DNA of 63,391 bases, counting the filler, from Olpidium bornovanus S191 (taxonomy: Eukaryota; Fungi; Olpidiomycota), in NCBI GenBank assembly GCA_017911155.1. It is 30 parts of 30 records of this genome, joined end to end, with 100 filler letters (N's around TTAATTAATTAA, not from the genome) between each part and the next. Parts side by side here need not be neighbours in the genome. Positions count along the whole stretch, not along the records: positions 48,538 to 49,669 come from JAEFCI010012533.1; positions 49,770 to 50,852 come from JAEFCI010004997.1; positions 50,953 to 52,044 come from JAEFCI010010859.1; positions 52,145 to 53,585 come from JAEFCI010011522.1; positions 53,686 to 55,859 come from JAEFCI010003906.1; positions 55,960 to 57,639 come from JAEFCI010007332.1; positions 57,740 to 59,315 come from JAEFCI010013041.1; positions 59,416 to 60,791 come from JAEFCI010010051.1; 22 more parts are not named here. One strand, 5' to 3'. Positions 48,438 to 60,891 of this stretch are shown here, one piece after another. Both the position numbers and the translations under genes were made by a program. The number at the start of each line of letters is the position of its first letter. Position 1 is the first letter of the stretch. The notes below the pieces were generated by a model. The model was not told the origin of the DNA. It did no database searches and was given only the letters and a program-made list of their open reading frames with translations.

Positions 48438-48733
48438 NNNNNNNNNNNNNNNNNNNNNNNNNNNNNNNNNNNNNNNNNNNNTTAATTAATTAANNNNNNN
48501 NNNNNNNNNNNNNNNNNNNNNNNNNNNNNNNNNNNNNCATGTTGCACGTCCTGGCTGGTGCCAAAACAGCGTGGTGGGGTGAACGTCAGGCAGTTTGCGC
48601 CAGATCGAAAACCGAAGCGGGGACCCAAGAGGTGCGTATTGGCGCAGTACATCTTCTTGAGGATCTATTACGGCGCTCGGTCCGAACGACGGTGGGCAGC
48701 AGATTCGCCGGGTACCAATTTGCACGTACTTAC

Positions 48734-48996
48734 AATCCCCCGGGCGCCGGGTACTTGAGCATCGCGACGAATGAGAGGATCCGATTTATCGTCTCCTCTG
48801 GCGGTTCGGAGCGTAAATCGACATTGTGCTGCGAGTTAGGGTTTTTCTCGTCGATGTACTTCAGAACGGTGTTGACCAGGTTGCACAGCTGTAGTACTGG
48901 CGCTTCGTCATGAAGCTGTATCACGGACACCTTCTGCGAGAAGGGCGGAGCTTTCAGCACCTCCGCGGCAAGATTTAGTTCCTCTGTGGACGGCAT
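48734..48996 (-). CDS. IFT81: Intraflagellar transport protein 81, first exon (CH domain)
   Basis: MPSTEELNLAAEVLKAPPFSQKVSVIQLHDEAPVLQLCNLVNTVLKYIDEK...VDLRSEPPEETINRILSFVAMLKYPAP parallels the IFT81 N-terminus (LNKEPF...LLQVLSDVLAEIDP...[24 protein letters not shown]). A GTAAGT donor follows. Confidence 0.9.
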
Positions 48997-49783
48997 GTTT
49001 ATAGTCGTCACACTTTCCCTCGAATCGTCACGACGCGTGCAGATCTGCGGGGCCCGCCAAGGTCACCGCCAGTGTTCACGCGCTTGGGCCGCTCAATTCT
49101 ACTTTTCTTGGACTGCCACTTTTGACGGCTTGATTCCAATAATAGTTTGCTTTCCCAAGCAGTTAGTGTGGACATCTATGCAGCGTTCCATAACGAGCAA
49201 ATGTGGGTTTTGTGTTACTCTGACGAACTTACCCGCGATTGCCATAAGTTTAGCACATATAACCAGGCGGTTCCGTCGCTTGCTTGTACTGGCAGCCCGA
49301 ACAGGGCCCGCGGAGGGCTAAGGCGGAGCCCCAACTAAGTCTCGTCTGTTTGCGTGGAAGCGCTGGTGCCGCCCAACCTTGCGGAGCCCGTACCCCTCCT
49401 GCCCTTTACCTTGGGGCGGCCGGCGAGCAAGATCGAGGCAAGATGGCCGCGGCCGAAGCGAAGAAGGAAAGTGCGCGCGCGAGACGCGTCGAACAGTGGA
49501 AAGGAAAGGGGCGTGGAGGGTGCCCCGGGGAAGGGGGGGCAGGGGTGTTCAGATATGCGCCCTCGTCTTTGCCCCCCCCCCTTTTCTTTTCGTTTGACCG
49601 CCCGGCATCTCCCTGCTGTAACCGTCAACCATAACAAATACACGAGAGAACGTTGAGCTGAACGTAACANNNNNNNNNNNNNNNNNNNNNNNNNNNNNNN
49701 NNNNNNNNNNNNNTTAATTAATTAANNNNNNNNNNNNNNNNNNNNNNNNNNNNNNNNNNNNNNNNNNNNCAGTCTGGCCCACG

Positions 49784-50473
49784 ATGAAGGACGATAAAGG
49801 GCGCGTCGGCGATCTTTTCCAGCAGAACGCTGCGCGTGTGGCTAACAGAGTCGAAGGCGCTGCGGACAACGTCGTGTCGAAGTTGCATGGCGCCAAAGAA
49901 TCGATAGATGAGTTTGCGGACGCGGCAAAAACCAAATTGCGAAACGCCGGAGAAACGGCTCTTGATTCCGCGAGGGAAATACAACGTGAGATCGACGAGC
50001 TTTCGAAAAAGAACGTACAAAAGCTCAAGGATATCGGCGAGGCCGTCAAGGGAGCGACTAAAGACAAGGCCCGCGAGTACGCAGAGAAGTTAAAGAAAGG
50101 CGAGGAAAACGCCGGGCTCCGGACTGCCAACGTCGTCGATGACGCTGCTGACCATGTCGCAAACGCAATCAAGTCGGCTGAGGATTTGCTGCCCCACGTT
50201 TCCGAGAAGGCCGAACACTCGTACAACAAAGCCAAGGAAGCCGTGCACCGCGGTGCGCACACCGTTGAAGAGGCAGGTGAACGATTGGCCCACAACGTTG
50301 AGGAGAACGTCCACGCTGGTTCCCACCGAATCAACGAGGGTGGTGAGACGATAAAAGCCCGCGCACGGGAGGCGGCTCACTTCGCTGACAACCGCCGGCA
50401 GGAGGGTCAAACTCGCGAAGCCCCAAAGGGTTTCGCTGAAGCCCTGAAGGAGAGGTTCTGGGGCGGGAAGTAG
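49784..50473 (+). CDS. LEA group 3 / hydrophilin-like amphipathic helical protein (5' may be incomplete)
   Basis: 229 codons rich in A/E/K/D, with no Cys, and recurring approximately 11-mer units such as ATKDKAREYAE, VSEKAEHSYNK and AKEAVHRGAHT. It ends in TAG at 50471-50473. Confidence 0.65.
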   Translation: MKDDKGRVGDLFQQNAARVANRVEGAADNVVSKLHGAKESIDEFADAAKTKLRNAGETALDSAREIQREIDELSKKNVQKLKDIGEAVKGATKDKAREYAEKLKKGEENAGLRTANVVDDAADHVANAIKSAEDLLPHVSEKAEHSYNKAKEAVHRGAHTVEEAGERLAHNVEENVHAGSHRINEGGETIKARAREAAHFADNRRQEGQTREAPKGFAEALKERFWGGK

Positions 50474-51987
50474 GTGGACGTTGACGGTCGAGATTGATGG
50501 CTTTGGCAGGCAACCCTGTTGAAGAACTCGCCAGCGGGAGGGATGGCAGCCTGGTTGAACTGGTAGAGCTGTAGCCTCCACGCGCTTATTTCAGAATACC
50601 GTCGTGAATGTATGCCGTACGTAAGTTTCTCGTAAAATGCGAGTGTGGCTAGTGTGCTTGCCTTCAGTTCCAGGGCTTCCGGTTCCGTCGCAGCCGGTGT
50701 GGGGCGGTCGTGAGTCCGAGGTTTTCGCCGGTTGCAGCCGAAGAGCGACGTTGCTAGCCAATTGGGCGGTGAAAACCGCTCAAAATTTGCCGTAATGCCC
50801 TTCGCAAAGGTGAATACTACGGGATGATTCTGTTCGCCGCCAATTTTGCATGNNNNNNNNNNNNNNNNNNNNNNNNNNNNNNNNNNNNNNNNNNNNTTAA
50901 TTAATTAANNNNNNNNNNNNNNNNNNNNNNNNNNNNNNNNNNNNNNNNNNNNCATGGCCTGCGAGCCGCCCCAGGATTCGCAGGCGCAGTACACACACAC
51001 AAGACACACGCTTTGCACGCGCACACAAAGAATTTGGAAAAAAACCACGCGCATCCCCTGATCTCGTTGGAGGTGCGTGTCACCGCGTTCTCACGGCGAT
51101 TTCGGGGAAGAGCAACAGGGAGAGACGCTTTTCAGGAAACAGGAAAATTGCCAAACCGAAATGCGAATTACGCCCGGGACAAGCGCCCGTGGAGCTTCGC
51201 AACCAAGCTGCAACCGGGCACCCGAAAGGCGGGGACGTTCGATCGTCAGCAGCGCCCCGGTCGCGCCACAAGAACGAGCGCGGAAGTTTTACGACCCCGG
51301 GGCCAGCGGAGCGATGCAACGCGAAAGAGACGAAAAAGGCCTGGTGTTCGTCTGCCGGCGGAGCTCCGGCCTCCCCCGAGGTGAAGGGGGGGGGTTTGTT
51401 CTCCTGCAAAAAAAAAAAATCCGGCTTCGGCAGGGCTGCGACGCGGCGCGCTTCCCCCCCCCAACTTGGTGGTCAAGGGTTTCGAGTCGAATCGATACCC
51501 GCGGGGCTTCAAAACGGAGGGGCAGCTTTTTGTCTCCCGGGCCGGTCGCATCCGCGACATGCCCTCGGTAATCTGAAAAAAAAAAAAAAAAAAAAGACGT
51601 CATAATTGCCGTCCCACGGAAAAAGCAGGAAAAAAAAATAAATCAATAAAAAAATAAGAAAAGGAAGGTACGGGTGGAGCTCGTCGCACCTGCGGCATCT
51701 CGCGTGACTCGGATCCCCTCCGCACGGCTCCCGCCGCGGCGCGACGCCCCGAAACCGACGTCGGGCCGCGGAGGGGCATCTTGATCTCGGGGAGAGAAGA
51801 TCACCCGGGAGCGGAAGGCCCACCTGGCACCCCCTCACGTCGACTTGGTGCGTGTGTGTACCGTTCGTGGTGAAGAAACGAGGCGCGCGCGCGCGGGAGG
51901 GAAGCCCCCCCGGTCCCGGCGAACAAATCGAGAGAGAGAGAGAGGTAGGGGGCTCCGCGCTCCGACCGCGACCAAACCAGTGAGAAC

Positions 51988-52020
<33 letters not shown>

Positions 52021-52144
52021 CCCCCCCCCCCCCCCACCCGCGGCNNNNNNNNNNNNNNNNNNNNNNNNNNNNNNNNNNNNNNNNNNNNTTAATTAATTAA
52101 NNNNNNNNNNNNNNNNNNNNNNNNNNNNNNNNNNNNNNNNNNNN

Positions 52145-52263
<119 letters not shown>

Positions 52264-52378
52264 AAGAAAAAAATAAAAAAAAACAAAAACGAAAAGAAAG
52301 ACGGCGAAGAAAAGAAAGACGAAGAAGAAAAGAAACAAGAAAAAAAAAAGGGAAAAAAACCCACTTTACCCCAAGATC

Positions 52379-53496
52379 ATGTCGCGCCGCCTCCCACAGC
52401 AACAGCAGCAGCAGCAGCAGCGAACCGCTTCCGCGTTCTCTCCCGCCCGGTGCTCCGCCGCCCTGCTCGCCGGGCCGTGGGCGCCGGCCGTCGCCGGCGA
52501 GGACGAGTGGCACGCGGCGTTCGACCGCGCGGGGCGCGCGCTCTGGCCTGCCGAGCGCGCCCAGGACCCGACCCTCCTCAGGCAGCAGCCCCACGCCTGG
52601 TCGGAACAGTCGCCGCTGCCGCTGCGGCCGCAGGCCTCGCTTCCGCAACTGCAGCCCTGGGGGGTGGCGGAGGGCGCGCCCGTGGAAACCCGGGCCCGCC
52701 AGCAGCCCGCCGCGCTGGCCGCGTCGGCCGCGCCGGGCCCGGCTTACGGCCACGCCCCCACGGCGGCCTGCGCCGCCGGCGCCTGCGTGTTCTACCCACG
52801 CCCGTCCGCGGGCTACCCGGCCCCGTCGTGCCACGAAGCAAACCCCCTGCCAGCCGCGCCGGCCGTCTACGAACACGCCGTTGAGCTGCCGCCGCCGCCG
52901 CCGCCGCTGCCGACCGCGCGCTCGCTTCTCCCGCGTCACTCCCCGCCGACCTCCCCGACCGTCGCCGCCGCCGTCCAGGCGCCGGCGGACCTGCGCCAGC
53001 AGCAGCTTTTCACGTACCAAGGTCAAGTGCTGCGGCAACTCCGAATCGAGCTGAGCCAGCAGGAGGAAGCCCTGCGCCGGCTGACCGGCGCGGTGCTCGA
53101 GCGGAGCAAGCCGCCAAGCGACTTCGACATGCCGATCCCCTTGCCGGCGCCGCAGGGCACAGACTTTAGGATGGAATTGACCGACGTCGACAGCTCCGAG
53201 TCGGACCAGGCCTTCCAGGCCTCCTGCAACCAATCAGGTTTGAAACGTGCCGTCCCAGCGGTCTTCGCGTCACGCGCAATCGGCCGCTTTACAGTTGCAG
53301 ATAATTTTCAGATTCGCGGGACGACGACCAGGCAAACCCGCGGGACAACCAGGAGATCATCCAGGAAGCACCAGCCTGCGCCGACAACCCGGACGGGACC
53401 ACCGCCGCCGGCGCCGCGAACAAGGTTCCGACGAGCGCGAAAACCGGCGGCAAGAAGAAGCCCGGGCGGAAGCCGATGGTCGACGAGCCCGTTTCG
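52379..53496 (+). CDS. Probable Yap1/Pap1-like AP-1 bZIP factor, N-terminal part, 3' partial
   Basis: A low-complexity Q/P/A-rich N-terminus leads to an exon ending GGKKKPGRKPMVDEPVS|gt. This matches the KKPGRKPLTSEPTS lead-in that precedes the basic region of fungal Yap proteins. The bZIP itself is beyond the contig end. Confidence 0.5.
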
Positions 53497-53685
53497 GTGC
53501 GCGCGGCGCTTCCTGACCCGCCTCGGCACCAAGCCGGGGGAGATGGGGCGGGGTTTGATGGGTGGGAGGGAGGGTTGCGGCGGGGNNNNNNNNNNNNNNN
53601 NNNNNNNNNNNNNNNNNNNNNNNNNNNNNTTAATTAATTAANNNNNNNNNNNNNNNNNNNNNNNNNNNNNNNNNNNNNNNNNNNN

Positions 53686-55430
53686 ACCCCGGCCCCACCT
53701 CCCCTCCACAATGTCCGTGGGTCGAATACGAGGAATCCCTTTAAATTCGATGGAAACGGAAGGACTCTGCCAAGCCGTCGCGTCCGCGTCCCGTCGACGA
53801 TGCATGGTGTTGATGAAGTCCATGCTTTTTTCGTCACCTTGTTCCAAACCTACGGTGCGCCCTTTAAAGCCGAAGGCCGGCGCCGTCAGGGAGTAAATGT
53901 ATCAGGCGCACCACGCAATTTCTCTCGCGCATGCAAAACCTTTCGAAGAGGCGCCTCCTTAGGAGAAAGCACCGCGGCGGGGACCCGGAACGCCCCTGCG
54001 CGTCAACAAACGTCTCCGAGAGCTCAACCGCGTCCTCGCCGCACCTTTCTACCGGGTTGACGCCGAGGTCGATGGTTAGGGTTAGGGTGCATCAGTTTCG
54101 TGTCGGCGGTTCTGATGGCAGACCTGTGCCAGCTCTTGATCTCCTCAGCCAGACGTGCATAAACGCTTCTCCGCCACTTTATCGTGCATCTTCCCTCTGT
54201 GAACTAATTGGCGCCATAAGCCCGGGCGCGTAAAGTTGCGCCGCGGCAGTGTAGCGAACTCACTTGCCGCGCCAGGCGAGCGCGGCTTTTCGATCGCGCG
54301 GCGGAGTGACGTTGGTCGCGCAGAATGGGGACGCTTTTCGGGCAAAAACATATAGCACACTGACCTCCCGCAAGCACCTGGTCGCCCGTGCCCGAGTTTT
54401 TGGCTTTGAAGATCGCCGGACCGCTGTGAAAAAAGCGACTGTCCTGTCGAATGGACGGCAATCAGTAGAAAAAGTCGAGAGAATAGGCCTCACCGCAAAG
54501 ACGACAATGCGCTCCCTTCGCAGCCAAGCCGTCCGGTTGTCACCGGGGAGATCCTCTTCACGCCGCTCGGAGAGCCTTTATGCGCACTTAAGCCCACGCA
54601 GATACGTCGTTACCGCGGTCGATTTCCCACCGCAACACACGGCGCAGGGGCGATGAGTTCCCTCTGCTGTAGCGTGCACCACTCGTTGCGGCGCTCGTAA
54701 GTGACGTGATTCTGGCAGGTGTTTGGTGTGCGCTTTTTTGCCTTCTTCGTTAATGATTACCGAACCCTACAACGATCTCGTTTGGTGACGTCCGGGGAGA
54801 TATCGCGAATATCCCCGCCCCATGATGGTTTTCCTGGGGTCGGCGCGGTCGCTTCCCGTAAACATGGTATTCAAATTAAGAGGAACCAGATTGGCGACTG
54901 CAGTGATCATCAGCTCTGTCGCCGTTTTTCAAGATCGAACGTATTTGCCGCGGATCCCAGAGCACGTTGCACGATATTGACGATATTGTGATCGGTCACC
55001 ACAGGGGCGTAAACGTCGCCCGTGATCCATGACTAGGTACCTTCGTCGATGACGACCATTTCATAGTTCACCGGTTTATCTTCAAAGCGCTTAGGCAAAA
55101 TTGGGCAGATGACGAGGCGTGGTAGATGCGGCGGTTCCGGCCGGTCGCCGGGGCTGATGAAAGCGGCGACGATGTTGACGGTGCAGCCGTGGCCATGGCG
55201 TGGTCCAACGAATGGCCGCGGCCGGGGGAGATCCAGTGACCGACTTCGTGCGCTGACAGGGGACGACCTCTCGCGCTGACATTTGGAACCGACTGAAATA
55301 TGGGGGTGGGAAATAAAGGACACCGCGGGCAGAAACGGAAAGAGAGGAACAGGTCACGGGCTGAAAAGACACAGCGCAGCTTTACAAGAAGGGCTCTCGC
55401 ATAAGATTCAATATCGATAATATTTAGCAC
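53686..55430 (-). CDS. Possible unidentified spliced gene
   Basis: Several protein-like open segments with plausible splice sites (for example LPRLVICPILPKRFEDKPVNYEMVVIDEG and LSETFVDAQGR...CFLLRRRLFERF). No family recognised and the frames are unresolved. Confidence 0.3.
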
Positions 55431-56153
55431 CTCTTCGGCAACAAGAAGCTGCCAACCAGCGAAACGACGCCGATGTCAAAGAAGGCCCCATTTCCAGGGG
55501 ACGTCAAGCCAGCGCAGAGCAGAAACTCGCCTCAGATTCTTGCGAGGAATGTCGTAAGACCGAGAACAGATCTAGAGCGCTGATTTCGATAATGCCACGG
55601 CGACATGGTCGGTCGGAACCCCGTGGAGGGATTCCCCTGAGGCGGGCCATGGACGTTCGTACCCCTGCGGCGGCCAACCCAATCCAGCACGAGACCATAG
55701 CTTTTTTTATGTTCACGATATTGCGCCCGTCGCTCTAGCCATGCCTGCGATTTTGTGCGTGATTGCCAAAGGATGTCTGTGGGTGCCGCTGGGGTGGCGG
55801 AACGTGCCAGTTGTAAATGCTAACATCGGCGATCATTGACAGGGGTTATTCCAGCGCAANNNNNNNNNNNNNNNNNNNNNNNNNNNNNNNNNNNNNNNNN
55901 NNNTTAATTAATTAANNNNNNNNNNNNNNNNNNNNNNNNNNNNNNNNNNNNNNNNNNNNAGTCGCAGGAGTAATTGCCGCAATCACGTACGTTCCGAACC
56001 ATCGTGGTATTGAACAACTGGTGTCATCCTAAACACCAGCACATGTGTGCGCATTCGCAACAACACAAAAAAGAAAAGAGGAAAAAAAAAAAAAAAAAAA
56101 AAAACAAGCTTAACGCGGCGGCCGATAGCACGCGCCGCCGCGCGATTAAGCCC

Positions 56154-57639
56154 ATGCAGCGCACTCGCAGCGCGCTGCTCGTCAAGGCGCTCGTTGCCGC
56201 CGCCGCCGCCGCAGCAGCCGCGTCGGATTGCATCTACAGGCCGGCGGGCGCGAACGGCCACTATGACCTCTCCCCCCTGCGAAAGACCTCTGCGAATTAC
56301 AGGGTCGACGATCCCGATAGCTCGCGGGTGTACCTGCTCAATTTCTGCGGGCCGCTTGTCGATGGTCGGTAGTTCCAGCGGAAACGGGTTTTTCGTCGTC
56401 TCCGTACGGCAGACACGTGCTCGCTTACTGACAGCGCGCCTTCGCCGCTGATTCGCCGTTTGCAGACGCGGACCTCAAGAAGTACAGTTGCCCTCCGTCG
56501 GCATCCGCGTGTCTTGGGCAAGAAGGTGGCGGCGGAGTAGGTAAGAGTCTGGGACTTGCGTCGACGAGCAACATAAGACAGCTAGGTACGCGTCCCCGTA
56601 AACAAGGCGCTGAGCTTCTCACAAATTGAGCAGGTTTCTGACTCCAACTTCTGGAACGCAGCATTCATACTGAAGTACACGTATTACGAGGGGGACAGTT
56701 GTGCGACCGACCCGGGGGCAAGGATGAAGACGCTTGTTCTTCTCCAGTGCGAAGACAACGGGCCGGTACGCTTGTCGGAAGGGCTGTGATATAGTGTGGA
56801 TCGCGTGCGTTGACTTCCATCTATGCAATACAGGACGAAGGACCGACATTTCTTCGCACTGAAAACTGTGAACACGTGTTCCGAATGTACGTGACAGCGC
56901 TGTTTGTAAGTCTTGGCTTGTTCGAAGGCCTGATTCCTGTCTTTTTGTTAGGAAAACTGCAGCAGCCTGTCTGAAGGGGTGAGCTTGGCTAGGCTGTGAA
57001 AATTTTCTCAAGCTTCCGAACGCAAAACATGGCGTTTATTGAGTTTGAACCCGTGGCAGGGACACTTTGGGAAGTGACAACCCTCCGCCGGCGGTAAATT
57101 GCAAGACTCAGGATGCTGCAGGCAACGTTTATGATCTGTCTCCACTAGTAAGAGCCAAAACGTATGTTTCATTTCGGAGTTGTTCAAGCACCGCGGAAAA
57201 CGGTCGCCAGGATGTCTCCGTGCGCCTGATCACTTTTGCTTTCTCAGCGACTGGTTTGTCACGACGCCGGAATCCGAGTACCAGGTTGGCCACACGTTCC
57301 TTAAGACTCGATCATTGAAGCATTTCTTTTTAATTGCCGTTTGTGGTACCGCATTGTTTTTCCCAGTGGTACCTCAACATCTGCCGCGACGTGTAAGTGC
57401 CGGCAATACCGCGATGCCCTGACCGTTCCCGTGTGGCGAAGCTGAAACGGGCTTTTGGTGACAGAAATGACGTTTCGACCGAGAAATGCCGTCTGGGGTC
57501 GAGCGCGTGCCTGACGAAGCGGACGGATCCTACAGTAAGACGATGCGTCGCGTCGCCGGGTCATCTGCCATCTATTGCTGAAACATTTTGCAGTACTGGC
57601 GTTCTGTCGGCATAACGGCGCAGACGAAACTGGAGCATG
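56154..57639 (+). CDS. Mannose-6-phosphate receptor-homology (MRH/CIMR) repeat sorting receptor, Mrl1/CI-MPR-like, spliced, 3' partial
   Basis: A signal-peptide-like start is followed by repeat 1 (CIYRPAGANGHYDLSPL...YLLNFCGPL...LKYTYYEGDSC...KTLVLLQCED|DEGPTFLRTENCEHVFRM|KTAAAC) and repeat 2 (CKTQDAAGNVYDLSPL|DWFV...|WYLNICRDV). Confidence 0.85.
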
Positions 57640-59238
57640 NNNNNNNNNNNNNNNNNNNNNNNNNNNNNNNNNNNNNNNNNNNNTTAATTAATTAANNNNN
57701 NNNNNNNNNNNNNNNNNNNNNNNNNNNNNNNNNNNNNNNCATGCCGTTTTTTTTATTTTTTGCTTCCTCTCGGCGGCGTTACCGCCGAAACCTGATCTTA
57801 CACTTAGCACTTCCTCGCCTTGCTCGTTTTCGGAAATTCCCTTCTACCCAGTGCAATTTTTACGCGCGTGAGCCACCTTATTTTCCCGACCGCTTGGGGC
57901 CTCTGGATCGCCTTCGCCTGGAGTAGCCTGACGATCTTTTTCTTCCTGGTACGTCCTTCTGTGTATACGCCAGGTCTGCCTGGATTTTGTTTTTTTGTTT
58001 TTCTTTCTTTCGTGTTTAAGGAATTGTAGGAAATCTTGACCTTTGCCCGCCTTCTGCCAAACCAACACCCCGTCTCCCCTGCCTAGCTCCGATCACTTCG
58101 CTACGTGATCCTTTCTGAACTGACGACCCCATCGGCGGTCGGAGCTGGGAAGTCGATGACGCCGATCCGGAAACGGCGGATACATTTTTTGTTTGTTATG
58201 GCGGCCCTCCAGGTCTGCTCGATGTTTCTTCTCGTGTTGTAGGACAGAAACAGGTGTTGCCTACTTTTTGAACGGATCTTGAGGGGTTGCAAGTGTCCGG
58301 GAAGTGGGAACTGCAGCCGGCGCTGCTGCCGGTTGGTCGCGGACGGGCGGCTCGGCGCAGCTTTGCGAAGTTGAGCGCAAGTCATCTGAGAGTTTAGCTG
58401 AAGCAGGAAACAGTTAAACATTGCGGGATTTGAGCCGATCTTGGAAACGGAGATCGCTTGGGGGTTGAGCTGAGGTCGGAAACGCGGCAAAAGAGATATG
58501 CCGCAAAAAGCTGTCCAGCTGGAATCCGGACAAGCCGAACTTGCGTGCGTCGTGCGGTCGCGCCCCGCGGACTTGGGCAGACGATCTCGGGGGTTCTGCG
58601 GGTATCCGGCGTCTTATTTCCCGCGCGCCGCCGTTTCCGGGCGGAACCCCCGCGGAGCCTGCCTGGGGAGGGAAGGGAAGGAGGGTCCCCCACCGGGCGC
58701 CACCCCCGACCCTGGAAAACGCGCTTCGAGTCGGCTTCCGCCAAAGACAGCCGGGGCCGATCCGCCGCGGGCGGAGCCAATCCAGGACCGGACCCCGCCG
58801 GAACCGCGGCCCTCCGTCCGCACGAAGAGTGGTGCAGGTAGCGGAAGCTCACCGCCGAGCGGCTAGAAAAACGAAACATGGCTGAGAGCTCGGCGGCAGA
58901 TGTCGTGGACGAGCTATTTGGTGAGGGCCGAGCGCGCAAGAGGCGGGGACGGACGTCGGTGAGCCAGAGAGACCGAAACGCCGCCGCGGGAACGAGGCAG
59001 AGCCCGGGCGAGCGCGAGCGCCGGCCGTTCTGAGGGGGGCACAGTCGTTCAAAAGAACAGACGTGAACAGCCGCGCGGGATCCGACGGAAACCGCCCGGC
59101 GAGCGGCGAAGCTCCCGGCGGGACCTGATAACTGCTTTCGCTCTTCTCCTCGGGATTTCGTCGCTGGCCGTCACCGCAATCCACCCCGCTGCGTCTGCCG
59201 TTCTCCGCCGCTGACGGTTGCCTCCGCCGCGTCCGCGG

Positions 59239-59272
<34 letters not shown>

Positions 59273-59980
59273 CCCCCCCACCCCCCCCCCCCCCCCCCCC
59301 CCCCCCCAGGGGGCGNNNNNNNNNNNNNNNNNNNNNNNNNNNNNNNNNNNNNNNNNNNNTTAATTAATTAANNNNNNNNNNNNNNNNNNNNNNNNNNNNN
59401 NNNNNNNNNNNNNNNCATCAGTCAAGCGAGGTCTTGAAGCGAGAGGGCATTCTGGGTGAAAGGGCGTAAAGCAGGGAAGCTTTGTTGAATGCAACGCCAA
59501 GTCTGGACCACCACGCGAAGATTCTGGTAACCCATGGGCATTTTGGGCGCATAGGCGGGCGGTGTAGCCGCAGTATACATATTTGCGTTAGTCTCCGAGG
59601 CCAGGGTGCTTTGAGCGCTACGGCCGGGCGAGAAAAAGTTGGCGGATGATTTTGACTGGTCCGGCCGAAGGCTGTCACGTGGCCGGCGGCGCACCGCCAA
59701 ACGGGGAAACGCGCGCGGTTTTCGCGGAACGTTGCGGTGATTCGCCGGACGGAGGACGTTGGGCAGCGGCCCCAAAGAGAGGGTTCACGCCGCGAGATGC
59801 CCTGCACGGAGGAGCGCGGCGGGAAAGAGCAGCACAAGGAGCGTGCGACTCCGCGCCTGCTCGGTTCCGACTGCTGCTGCCGAGGCTGCTGGTTGCACCG
59901 CCGGACACGCCAAGGTAGAACACGTAACCGCTCCGGTGCACCGCCTTCGGACCGCACGCCTGCCCAGCAATTTTTCGACC

Positions 59981-60637
59981 ATGGAGCAGAAGGTCAACAC
60001 CGGCAACGTGCCGCGCCCGAAACCAGGCGTCAGAGCAATTTCAGGGCCGGCGGTAACGAGGACGACCTCGTTCGGGAGCAGTAACTCAGCTTTTCGCGGG
60101 ACCGCGTCAAAATCTCGGCGGTCCGCTGGGTGCACACCAGCCAGCGGGAGTACGAGGCCGCCGCTGCTGCCGGCCGGCGCCACATCCCACGACGCGGACG
60201 CGGTTACAGCGAAGGAAGATTCCGGCCGCCTTGAAGCTAGCAGACTGAAGCCGGCGAGACGTCTCCGTTCTGTCGCCGCTTCGGTGCAGCTCAGGGTCCT
60301 GGTCCACGACGACCGGTTTTCCACACGCGAGCTCATCGTCAACCCGAACAGTTTCCCGTTCGCCATCAAGCCCGGGCAGCTGCTGGAGTTTCTGTTGCCG
60401 CCGTCTGCCGCGGGCAGCAGCGGTTGTCAGGGTCCTGAGGGCGGCGTCGGTGTATCCGGGAGTTCGGCGGACGTCGGGCCAATCTCTTCTGTGGAAGCCG
60501 GGGACCGGAACTGGCGACGTTACGAACTACGGTCCGCTGACACGGAGGCGCAGTGCGGAGATAAAAAAAACTGCCGGCTAATAGTGCAGGTCAGCAGTAT
60601 CGACGACGAGATCGTCACAAAACAGCCGTCATTGCAG
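59981..60637 (+). CDS. IML1: Iml1/DEPDC5 (SEACIT/GATOR1 subunit), first exon
   Basis: VQLRVLVHDDRFSTRELIVNPNSFPFAIKPGQLLEF...RLIVQVSSIDDEIVTKQPSLQ|gt matches the Iml1 N-terminal pattern (LWVHDESFSKEEVLLN...F...KPG...KQPNLEVS). Confidence 0.8.
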
Positions 60638-60891
60638 GTGAGGATTTTACCAGATGTCTGAGAAGGCAGGGAAACTGGGAGGCAATGAGAAGTTACCGGA
60701 GTAGTATGAGATGAAGTCGAAGGAAAAGGCGAAGAAAAATGAGAGACCAGTATGATTCAGGAGAAGAAGCACGGGTGGATGAGAGAGCATGNNNNNNNNN
60801 NNNNNNNNNNNNNNNNNNNNNNNNNNNNNNNNNNNTTAATTAATTAANNNNNNNNNNNNNNNNNNNNNNNNNNNNNNNNNNNNNNNNNNNN

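Noticed and set aside
54074-54087. GGTTAGGGTTAGGG (minus strand CCCUAACCCUAACC) as a telomerase RNA template
   Set aside because: It is only 2.3 units, I could not identify a pseudoknot or P6.1-like element, and CTAAC is also the fungal branch-point consensus inside a probable spliced minus-strand gene. Worth revisiting only if it is conserved as a non-coding block in relatives.
57740-59315. Possible short first exon MAESSAADVVDELFG (58878-58920, plus strand) and a divergent minus-strand gene
   Set aside because: Too short and ambiguous to assign a product.
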